Of a DNA stretch of 64,000 bases, positions 53,511 to 64,000 are shown piece after piece (position 1 is the stretch's first letter; the number at the start of each line of letters is the position of its first letter). The notes beneath the pieces were generated by a model. It searched no databases. It was given only the letters and a program-made list of their open reading frames with translations, and was not told the origin of the DNA. Source of the stretch: Camelus dromedarius. Its lineage: Eukaryota. The translations under genes were made by a program, and so were the position numbers. Where the stretch lies: positions 108,130,001 through 108,194,000 of the forward strand of contig NC_087437.1 of assembly GCF_036321535.1 (NCBI RefSeq). Reading direction: 5' to 3'.

Positions 53511-54248
53511 GCCTATTAGAACTAATAAACAAAGCAACTTTTTCCTCTAGCAAAAGGTTACTGTGGAAACATCCACAGATATGCAATGGTTCAAAAGTGT
53601 CATGCAAATTCTCTCTTAAAAAAAAAAACTATTGGAAATAAACTCTTGTATTTGAGAAATAAAGCAAAATTTCCAATTCAAGACTGAAGCTGTGCTTTAA
53701 ATGGACTCTATTTATCGGGCATGAATTTCACATTTAAGACTTTGTGTGCTGTGGCTCCACCAATCATTACTCTTCTGCTTTGTTTCATTCCTCAAACCAA
53801 GAATGTGCTTGTTAGGAATATATCCTTCTGTTCGTAGTTTACTCTCAACTTTTTGTTTTGACAGCTACTAAAAAACAAACAAAGCTGGTGCTTTTCTGTA
53901 CCCATTATTGCTAAATCTGGTTCAGCCTTTCACATGGTTGGGACAAACTTCTTGAAGAATTTCTAAATTATTTTTTTCCCCTCACAGAGTTACATGGATT
54001 AACATGATGACTATCTTCTTTGTCAAAGAACCTAAGTGATAATATTCTGCATCCTATGGTAAATCTCTTGCTTCCTTGGGTTCTTGGCAGCTACCAGGTG
54101 TCTCTTTATTATTCGTTTTCCACATATTGTCTTCCATTACCATATTAGTCATAGCAGGTTGACCATTCCAAGTTTTTACTGGCTTCAAACAATATAATTG
54201 TTTGCCTCTTCATGTCATGATCCAAAGCAAGTTGGCACCATGGGAGGA

Positions 54249-56762
54249 TGTATTAGTCAGCAAAGTTTATCATAACAAGTACTATAGATTAGGTTCCTTA
54301 AACAACAGATATTTATTATCTCAAAGTTCTGGAGCTTGAAAGTCCAAGATCAAGGTTGTGGCTGATTCTGTTTCTGGTGCCAGCTCTCTTCTTGACTTGC
54401 AGACGGCCACCTTCTTTCTGTGTCTTTCTGCAGCAGGAAAACAGAGATCTCACTCTTTCTTTTCCTCTTCTTATAAGACCACCAATTTTATTGGATTGGG
54501 ATCCACTGTTATGACCTCATTTAATCTTAATTACCTCCTAAGAGCTTTATCTTCAAATACAGTCACATTGGGAAGTAGGGCTTCAACATTTGAATTTGGG
54601 GGGGGGGCACAATTCATGCCATAGCATTCTATTTATGGCCTCCAAAATTCATGTCCTTATCACATGAAAAATACATTATTTCCAACCTAACAGCCCCAAA
54701 GTCTTAACTTGTTCCAGCATCAATTATAAAGTCTAAAATCCAAACTCTCATCTAAATATTATCTAAATCAAGTATGAGTAAAACTCGAGGTACAACTCAT
54801 CCTGAGGCAAAATTCATCTTCGGCTGTGAACCTGTGAAACCAGAAACGTTGTATGATTTCAAAGTGCAATGGTAAAACAGGCATAAGATGGACATGCCCA
54901 CTTTTTGAATTCCCAATTTTCTCCCTTTTGAGGGAAAAATCTGAAAGGGGAAAGAGGTGCTTGGTCCCAAGCAAGTCTAAAAGTTTGCAAGGTAAATTAT
55001 ATTAGCTCTTAAGGCTTAAGAACAACCCTCTTTGCTCAATGTTCTGCTCTCTGACTCATTGAGGAGGTGGGGTCCCACCCTCAGAAACCATTAGGGCAGC
55101 AATTCCATACCCCTGGACACTACCCTTAAATTCTGTTGGGAAGCCCCACCTGCAAAGCTTTTCAGGTGGCCCCACCCCCAAAGATTCAGCTGACGGTCAC
55201 CTGGCTTGTTGATATTTAAACAATGGTTCACCCTTTGAAACTCAGGAGGCAGCCTTGATGATCTCTAAATGGCCTTTGGGGGTCATTTTTCCTTTTCTTG
55301 AGGAATAGCACACATTCACAGCCAAATAACTCTTTTTTCCAATCCTGTAAGATCTAAGAAATCCAACAGCCTTCCTTCATTTCTTCTCATTTTTTCTGTC
55401 CACTTTAGCCCAAGCTGGCAGTGGTTCAGCTGGCATAACCCTCTTTATTCCTGGCTTCCACTGGGATGACTGATTTAGTTCATGAGTCACACCTATAATC
55501 TCTTAATCAAATGGTTGCTCAATCACACCCGTAGTGTTCCCTTCAGAACAAGCTTTCTCATTTTTCGAATAGTATATATTGATTTTTTTTTCAAATCTCC
55601 AAGTTCTGGTCCCTTTGGCTAAAAATTTCTTCCTCAATCCATCCCTCTCCACTCACATTTTACAATGAGCAATAAGATTTCCAGTTGTACCTTCAATACT
55701 TTGCTTAGAAATCTCCTCTGCACTGCATCTAATGTCACTGCTTCCAAGTTCTACTTTCCATGAAACACTAGCATGCATTTCAGCCATGCTCTTTGCCAGT
55801 TATAATAAGGGTAACCTTTCCTATAATTTCTAATAACCTGTTCTTCATTTTTGTCTGATACCTCACAAGAATGGCCTTTAAATTCCATATTTCTATCAAC
55901 ATTCTGTTCACAGTAAACTATGCTTTTTCTAGCATACACCTCAAAACACTGCCAGCATCCACACATTACCCAGTTCCAAAAATGCTTCCACATATTCAGG
56001 CATTTTTTACAACAGCATCCCACTTCTCAGTGCCAAAATCAGTACTTGTTGTGGGCTTCCACAACAAGTACCATAGACCATGCAAGGGATTGAATGATTG
56101 TATCATCCCAAAATGCATATGTTGAAATTCCAACCTCCAATGTGTTGGTATAGAAAGTGGGGTGTTTGGGAAGTAATTAGATCAGAAGGGTAGAGCCTTC
56201 ATGAATTGGGTTACTGTCCCTATAAAAGGAACCCCAGAGAGTTCTCTCACCCTCTTTCTACCATGTCAGGATACAAGAAGTCTACAACCCAGAAGAGGAC
56301 CCTTACCAGAACCCCACCATGCTAACACACTAATCTCAGGTTCCCAGTCTCCAGAACTGTGAGAAATAAATTTCTATTGTTTATCAGCATGGCACTTTGT
56401 CATAGCAGCCCAAACTGACTAAGATAGACTGAGCAGCTTCAACAGAATTAATTTTCTCACCCTTCTGGAGGTTAGAAGTTCAAGACCAAGGTTCTGGCTG
56501 CTTTGAGTTCTGATGAGAGGTTGTTTCTTGGCTTACACGTGGCCCCCCTTCTCTCTGTGCCCTCTCCTAGCAGAAAGAGAGACAGAGTCTTCCTCCCTTC
56601 CTCTTCTCATAAGGCCACAGATCCTATTGGATTGGGGACCTATCCTCTTGACCTAATTTAACATTTATCATTGAACAAAAGTCCTATCTCCAAATACAGT
56701 CACATTGAATGTTAGGGCTTCAACATACAAATTTTGGGGGAGATTTAATTCAGCCCATTGCA
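54249..56762 (-). mobile_element. Two-LTR MaLR provirus (MLT1A-like LTRs ~54249-54626 and ~56040-56762; internal region ~54627-56039)
   Basis: Two homologous same-orientation LTRs (shared 'caaatacagtcacattg...tagggcttcaacat'); MLT-int-type ends 'ccaaaattcatgtcctt' and 'ccacttctcagtgccaaa'. Confidence 0.88.
56081..56426 (+). mobile_element. MaLR solo LTR (MLT1A0-like) nested in the provirus LTR
   Basis: 'catatgttgaaattccaacctccaatgtg...ccagtctccagaactgtgagaaataaatttc...gactaagata'; flanks gacca / gactg. Confidence 0.88.
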
Positions 56763-57080
56763 GAGTGGAAGGGTCTACTTCATACAGTTAATTTAGATTC
56801 TGGCTCCTTTGCACCATCTGCCATTTTCTCAGACCTGAGAGTTCTTTACTGCATCTACATCAGTAGCTGCACACAAAGGAAGGAAGGGCACTACAGGATG
56901 GCTTGGGAAAATGTATATACCTGAACATAGCCTATATCCCTTCTGCCCACATTCCATAGGCCAAAATTCAGCCTAATGGCCACACTTAATGTAAAAGAGC
57001 TGGGAAATCTAGTTTGGACCTGTACCTGTGCAGAGGAAAGAACATAGATATTGGTGTATCCTGGCAGTCTTTGCCTCCAT
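56763..57080 (-). mobile_element. Old MaLR LTR (probable host of the provirus; other part ~54140-54248)
   Basis: 'cttctgcccacattccataggccaaaattcag...gctgggaaatctagt'. Confidence 0.65.
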
Positions 57081-57104
57081 AACCCTTCCCTAAAAATGTA
57101 TGTT

Positions 57105-59470
57105 TAGGGATTCACTGAAAAAAAAAAAACAAAACAGAACTAAGAAATTAGTTCATCAGTTTATCAGTTTTCAGAATTTAAGTTCAAAATCAATGTAAAA
57201 AAATCAGTTGTATCTCTGTATTTCTATATGGTAGAAATGAATAATCAAAATGAAATTTCAAAAATAATCTCAATTACAATAGCATCAAAAAGAAAAAAAA
57301 ATAATTTAAAATAAATGTAACAAAAGAAGTGAAAAATGTACATTGTAAAAACTAGTAAACATTCTTGAAGAAAATTGAGAAAGATCTAAATAATTAGAAA
57401 GATGACTTATGTTCATGGATTGAAAAGTTTATTTTAAAAATAGTAATACTTTCCAAATTGATCTACAGATTTAGCACAAGCTCTATCAAAATCCCAAATG
57501 ACTTATTTTGCAGAATATGAAAAATTATTCTGAATATCATATGGAAATTCAAGAACAGCCAAAACAATCTTCAAAAAGAGGAGCAGAACTCCAGGTCTCA
57601 CACTTTCCAGTTTTAAAGCTTGCTGTGAAGCTGCAGTAATCAAAACAGAGTGGTACAGGCATAAGGACTGACAAATACATTAATAAGATGTAACTGAGAG
57701 TCCAGACATAAACTTTCACATTTATGGTCAATTTACTATAAATAAGGGTGTCAACACAATTCAATGGGAGAAAGAATAGTTGTTTTAACAAATAGTGCTG
57801 GAACAACTGAATATCCACATTCAAAAGGATGAAGCTGAATAGCTTCCTTACACCACACACACAAATTAACTCAAAGCTGATCATAGTAAAATGTAAAAGA
57901 CAAAACTAAAATTCTTAGAAGAAAATACAGGCACAAATATTCAAGACCTTGGGTTAGGTGAAGCCTTCTTAGATATGATACTAAGAACACAAAGAACAAC
58001 AACAGAAAATAAAGATAATTTGGACTTCATCAAAAGTAAAAACTTTTATGATGAAAAAAAAAATAGCATCAAGAAAATGAAAAACCAAGTCACAAAATGA
58101 GATAAATACTTGCAAATAATATATATAATGTGAGGAAAACGTAAACTTAGTTTCCAACTCTTGCTATGTGGCTAGTATTACCATAATATCAAAACCAGAC
58201 AAAGACATCAGAAGAAAACTACAACCAATAACTCATAAAGAGACACAAAAATCCTTTAAAAATACCAGAAAACTGAATCTCACATTACGTAAAAAGAAAT
58301 ATATATCATGACCAAGTGGAATGGCTATAGTAAAAAAAGATAGACATTATCAAGTGTTCTGAAGGATGTGGCAAATTAGAACAATCATACATTGCTGCTG
58401 GAAATGCTGGAGAAGCTGTGGAGAAAGGGAAACCCCCTACACTGCTGGTGGGAATGCAGTTTGGTGCAGCCAATGTGGGAAACAGTATAGAGATTCCTCA
58501 AAAGACTAGGAATAGACTTACCATATGACACAGTCATCCCACTCCTGGGCATATATCCAGAAGGAACCTTACTTCAGAAAGACACCTGCACCCCAATGTT
58601 CATAGCAGCACTATTTACAATAGCCAAGACATGGAAACAGCCTAAATGTCCATCAACAGATGACTAGATTAAGAAGAAGTGGTATATTTATACAATGGAA
58701 TACTATTCAGCCATAAAAACTGACAACATAACACCATTTGCAGCAACATGAATGTTCCTGGAGAATGTCACTCTAAGTGAAGTAAGTCAGAAAGAGAAAG
58801 AAAAATACCATATGAGATCGCTTATATGTGGAATCTAAAAAAAACAAAAAAAACAAAAACATAAATACAAAACAGAAACAGACTCATAGACATAGAATAC
58901 AAACTTGTGGTTGCCAAGGGGGCGCGGGGTGGGAAGGGGCAGACTGGGAATTCAAAACTTGTAGATACTGACAGGCATATGTAGAATAGATAAACAAGAT
59001 CTTGTGGTAGCTCGCAGTGAAAAAAAAAATGTGACAATGAATGTATGTATGTTCATCTAAAACTGAAAAATTGTGCTCTACACTGGAAATTGACACAACA
59101 TTGTAAAATGACTATAACTCAGTAAAAAAAAGTTTTCAAAAAAAGTAGAAGTATCCTAAATGCTTGTCAATTGATAAATTGATAAACAAAATGTGATATG
59201 TCCATATAATGGAATAGTATTGAGCAATAAGAAGGAATGAAGTATTGATGCGTGCTACAATATGGATGAACCTTGAAAACCTTATGTCAGGTGAAAGGCA
59301 GTCACTTAACACCACGTATTTTATGATTCCATTTATTCGAAATAGCTATACTAGACAAGTCTATAGAGATAGAAATTAGATTACTAGTTGCATAAATTGC
59401 CCCTAAGACTCAGAGGATTGAATGAGTGGTAAATGGGGAAAAACTACTTATATGTAAAAAGGTTAATATT
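57105..59470 (+). mobile_element. Old L1 (L1MB-like) ORF2 and 3'UTR, rearranged and interrupted
   Basis: 'ttatgttcatggattg', 'ccaaattgatctacagatt', 'caattcaatgggagaaag', 'tgctacaatatggatgaaccttgaaaac'. Confidence 0.88.
58402..59144 (+). mobile_element. Young 5'-truncated L1 inside the old L1
   Basis: Highly similar to 23616-24335 (agattcctcaaaagactaggaatagacttaccatatgac...). Confidence 0.93.
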
Positions 59471-59476
59471 TTAGTA

Positions 59477-59765
59477 CAGTCATTCCTTGGTATCCGTGAA
59501 TATCAAAATTCAGCGATGCTTAAGTCTCATATAAAATGCATAGTACTTACATATAGCCTACACATATCCTCCCATATTCTTTAAATATTCTCTAGATTAA
59601 TTATAATATCTAATATAATGCAAATGTAAATACTATGTAAATTATTGCCACCAGGCAAATTCAAGATTTGCTTTTTGGAACTTTCTGTAATTTTTTAAAA
59701 AATATTTTCTATCTGTGATTTGTTAAATCTGGGAATGCAAAACAGCAGATATGGAAGGCCAACTG
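59477..59765. mobile_element. MER2-like Tigger-family MITE
   Basis: TA|cagtcattcc...ggaaggccaactg|TA (TIR remnants plus TA TSD); MER2-type body 'atatcctcccatattctttaaatattctctagatt'. Confidence 0.85.
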
Positions 59766-61435
59766 TAAGGAGAATTTTTTAAAGTTACATTTTACATATG
59801 CATATAAAAAGAGAACTTCAGAGTACAACTGGTCTGTGAAAAGAGTAATCTACTTGGTAATAAGTGGTACTCTTCATGACTAATGAAGGCTTGTTTTATT
59901 ATTCAGGAGACCTAGTTAATAGAAGAGTAAGGATTTTAACCCCTCCTTGTGAGTTAGTTAGGTCAGTGGAAATACTTGGTCAATAAGGTGTAGCTTATTT
60001 TTAGTTGCATCATTTTTATGAAATTTTAGGGTTTTTTTTTTTTCTATCTTAGGGGAAATAAGTACTCTAATACTATAGAAAATGTGGGATTTAAGGAAAA
60101 GTTTTTTTAAAAAAGAAATTCACCCAACATTCAGAGATAACCATAATGGATACTTTGCTCTAATGGATACTTCTTGCCATTTTTTAGTGCACATATAACT
60201 TTTAATTATATGATATATAAAATATGTTAATTTTAAATTTTACAAAAGTTTCCCACCTTAGTCAAGTAATGTTTGCTCATTATGAAAAACAAACAAACAA
60301 ACAAACAAACTCTGAAAACTGACCTGGAAGAAGATACAAAAATTACAGTCCACTATCTAGAGAGAAACTGTACAAAGGAGAGCTCCAAGCAGGCATTCGC
60401 CTATTTTAGGCAACTCTGATGGGACTCCCCTCACCATTCAATAAGTTTTCCTTGCTCTGCTCTGAAGGTTTTCCTCCCCATCAACACTACAGCACATGCT
60501 GTTGCTTTCCAGAAGATTGCACCCCCACTCCAGCCACGCTCACTTCTTTCCTCATTTGTAACTGTTTCAATGTGCAGTATGGCTTCCTTTCACTTGATTC
60601 TGTCTGAGGATCCTTTTACCTTGGCTTCATTTTCTCCCCTGATACCACAGCATCCCTGCACTTCTTACACTTTCCTCTTATTTAGCTCTTCTGTTTACTT
60701 GTCTTTTCCATCTCAGGGACTTGTCTCCCCATCTATACTGTTTCTGCCAACACAACTCTTTAATGAAAAGGTATCCTTTGGCTTCTACTGGAGTCAGCAG
60801 CAAAACTGGCATTTTTGGCTCTTCTATGGGAGTCAAGACTTAGAGTTAAGACAGTCATTACAAGGGCACTGTGAGCTGTTTCTTTGACTTAAAAGAGTTT
60901 TATATGTTTAAATATATTTAACTATTTTTAAAGGAGAAAAGCTACTTCATGACATTTGGCTTTAACTTAAATATAAATAGTATTTATAATTCATGGTGGA
61001 TAAAATTTGCTGTTACTAGAAGATCTTGTTAGTCTCATAAAAATGCATTTGAAGCTCTCATTAATGCCCCAAATTAATTGATATTATCAATTTAAGTAAT
61101 TCAACTTTTTATATATTTTTGAGTATTGCCTGCAAAATGCCAATAGAAATTGTCCAGAAATGGTTTTTACAGTTACAAAAATGTTACCAAAGATGGTTTA
61201 ACTTAACCAAGTTGGGAAGTGAAATTCACATGTCATTTATGAAGAACCTCAATTTCTCCCCAAAATATTAATATAAAATTATTATATTAAATAAAACCAT
61301 AGCATTATATTAGGTCTCAAAGTAAAATACATATATATTACATAAATTTTATATATTTTACTGTATCTTTTATCATATATATAAAAGTATTATATCTATT
61401 CTTATATACATCATACATAAAAAATTATACATATA

Positions 61436-61792
61436 TGATAAAAGATAAACTGAGGCACATTAAAATTTTCAAGAGTTTATTTAAGCATACATCTATTCAA
61501 ATAAGGGAGTGCCAAGCCAAAGGTGGCTAAGCACACTCCAGGAACAAAATCTAGTGGGCTCATGTCAAGGTTACATGGAGAAGAAGCTGAAGCAAAGCAA
61601 AAAATGTATTTAATTGGCTATAGCTTAAGCAGTTGTCTTATTTGGGAAAGCCTACTTGGATGTTTGTGATTGTGTTTTCTAAGTTTTGTTTTCTCAGATT
61701 CAAGTGCATTGATTCTAGCTTAAGTTTTAGTTTGATTACATACGCTACCAAGGCATTAGGGCCACCTCAGCTTAATTACTTCCTTGTTTAAG
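61436..61792 (-). mobile_element. Probable ERV solo LTR
   Basis: 'aaactgaggcacattaaaattttcaagagtttattt' resembles an antisense ERV1-class LTR end; interrupts a (TA/CA)-rich tract. Confidence 0.55.
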
Positions 61793-64000
61793 TCCCTTAA
61801 TACACACACACATATATGCACATAATTTTATATATATATGTATATATGTATACACACACACACACACATAAACAATATATATAAAGCCATAAATTCCAGC
61901 ATTAGTTGAAATTAACTTTATCTTTCCACAAGTGCTATAAAATCATCAATAAAAGCTTTCCCAATCACATAAATTAGAAATTTACCTCCAGAATATACTT
62001 TGTGTTAAAAATCTTTGCTATAGCTCAATTATCATCAGAGCAAGAAATTTTATGCTTTGTTGCATACAACAGTAGTAAAAGTCTGTTTTTATATTGGGTC
62101 TTATCATATAAACAAAGAATTCATACTCGTCACCTAATTTACTTCTCCGAGTTATCCTGTGAGGCAGTAATAGCATGCAACATTTTTATTTTCTACATAG
62201 TTTCACAGTAAACCAATGATTTATCCAAAACCACTTGGTTAATTTTGGTGGGTCAAGCAGGAGGGAGGATTGCTGGACTGCTGTCTTCTCTGAGGTCTAT
62301 GTCCTGCCCTTCTTCAGTTTTGTTGCATTTTATAGAAAACCCTTCATCTTTTTTTTTTTTTTAAGCCCTTGCTTCCAACCTTCCAGGTGAGAAGCTGAAA
62401 CCAATGACTGGAGTGCTAGAGGAAGGAGAAACCAGATTCTTTCTCCTTTTCTCTTTCCTGTGATGTCTCTGGTTGTAGTTGGTTCCTCTGTGGCTCCCAC
62501 TCCTGACCACAGCTATCCATCATGATTCCAGCAGCTGTGGAGTCGCCATGATTTCTGGATTCAAGTAACACCACCTGTTCTCATTGCCCTTCTAGTCCTA
62601 CGGTGACAACAGCTTCATAAGCACTAACAAAAAGTAGCCATTTTAAGGTGTTGTTTGAGAATTCAGATTAAGCATAGATTATTGTGATTTACATAATTAT
62701 GGATTTGAAATTATTGATTTTGGATTGTAAGAACTTCTAATTTATGTATGTATATACATGGTATGTATATATAGCTTTATATAATATATACATTTTTATG
62801 TGTATTATATATACTTTTCTAATATCTTTAGATTTTAAACTTTAGGAACTTAAGAAAAATAATATTCTAGAATTTTTATGTTTAGAAAGATACATTTCTT
62901 GTTTATGATTGTAAAATATGTTCCCGATAAAAATATATACACATATACCAGTAAAAGATTTCATTACTTTGGATCTACATAACAGAATGATGCTAGGATC
63001 TTCAGATATATAGAAAATTCTTTGGGAAACATAACGTAAATTAGGTAATTTTCTTTTTATGTAACTAACTTTTGGAGACGAGCTAAACTACTGCATAATT
63101 GTCCTGATTTGGTTATCTTTAAAGTCCTTATTTATTTATCTGTTCCAGTATTATGTCTTTAAGGATCCTTTTAGGATCACCTACAGAAGTTTCAAATAAT
63201 TAAACAAATAAATAAATAAATAAGAAATGCTGAAAAAGGTACCTGAAGAAGGATACATTTTGTCTAAGGCTGAAGAGGAAGAAAAGTCCCAAAACCAAAA
63301 GCAGAGCAAAATGGAAGCTGGAGACAAGTCGACAGATAGAATTGGACAGAAATAAATTCTATCCTTCCTGGGTCAAACACAAAAGAAAGTAAAAATGATG
63401 AAGACAGGGATCTCGGTAACTATGAAAATTTGTAGTAATTTCAGGAGCTATTAGAGAAAGCAAATTTCAAGTTCTGAATCACAAAAAAAATTAGCAGTCA
63501 GTTGGGACTCTAAATTAATGAAAGACTAATTTATTCCAACTACAACTGCCTTCCATGTTGTAGAAGCGTACTCTTCTGACTCTATTCCAAGTAAAATCAG
63601 ATTTCAAAATTTAGCCAAAATGGAACACAAAAGAACATTATGTAAATAGCACTTTTGTTTCAATTCTTTCAAGAATCCCTAGGTTCCATAGCAGTAAAGG
63701 CTACATATGTGGGATAAGTCTTTTAATATATATACATAAAACACAAACGTTCACTGTAACAATAGCCATCCTTGATTTGACCTTCTGTAATGTACCCACT
63801 GCATTTATGCAGAACTAGAATGGGGCTTTGTAAATAATCCAACAAACTGCAAAGGTAGGAGTCTTTTTGTGGAATTCAAGATGTTAATATTTCCTTTCTA
63901 ACTAGATTAACTCCACATGTTTTCTGCTGCAACTAATCTTCTTCCTGTGAAATTAGGCATGGTCTGACTCATTCTTTATTTTCTGAACATGACAGTTTAC

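Noticed and set aside
63227..63355. Charged short ORF (MLKKVPEEG...)
   Set aside because: Only about 42 codons of purine-rich sequence with no supporting signals
1..64000. CRISPR arrays, operons or other prokaryotic systems
   Set aside because: Mammalian repeat landscape; no regularly spaced repeats and no long ORFs

Overview
This is mammalian genomic DNA: AT-rich, CpG-depleted and dominated by repeats. It is most likely camelid, judging from a tRNA-Ala-like SINE resembling Vic-1 and young artiodactyl-type L1 3' ends. No host protein-coding exon could be confidently identified, so the window looks intergenic or deep-intronic. The only ORFs in the track with recognisable products are L1 ORF1/ORF2 remnants. 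Repeats include L1s of several ages, L2, MIR, CR1, nested MaLR/ERVL LTRs (one provirus keeps both LTRs), Tigger/MER2/MER45 DNA transposon relics and microsatellites. The most notable structure is a ~2.95 kb L1 at 21388-24335, flanked by a perfect target-site duplication (TSD). It keeps the 5'UTR, ORF1, 3'UTR and poly(A) but lacks nearly all of ORF2, making it a candidate half-L1 (HAL1-like) or spliced non-autonomous element. Other notable structures are a twin-primed L1, a young/old L1 chimera with a target deletion, and an unexplained 44-bp inverted repeat. Family names were recognised by eye, not by database search, and boundaries of old repeats are approximate. No prokaryote-type system is present.
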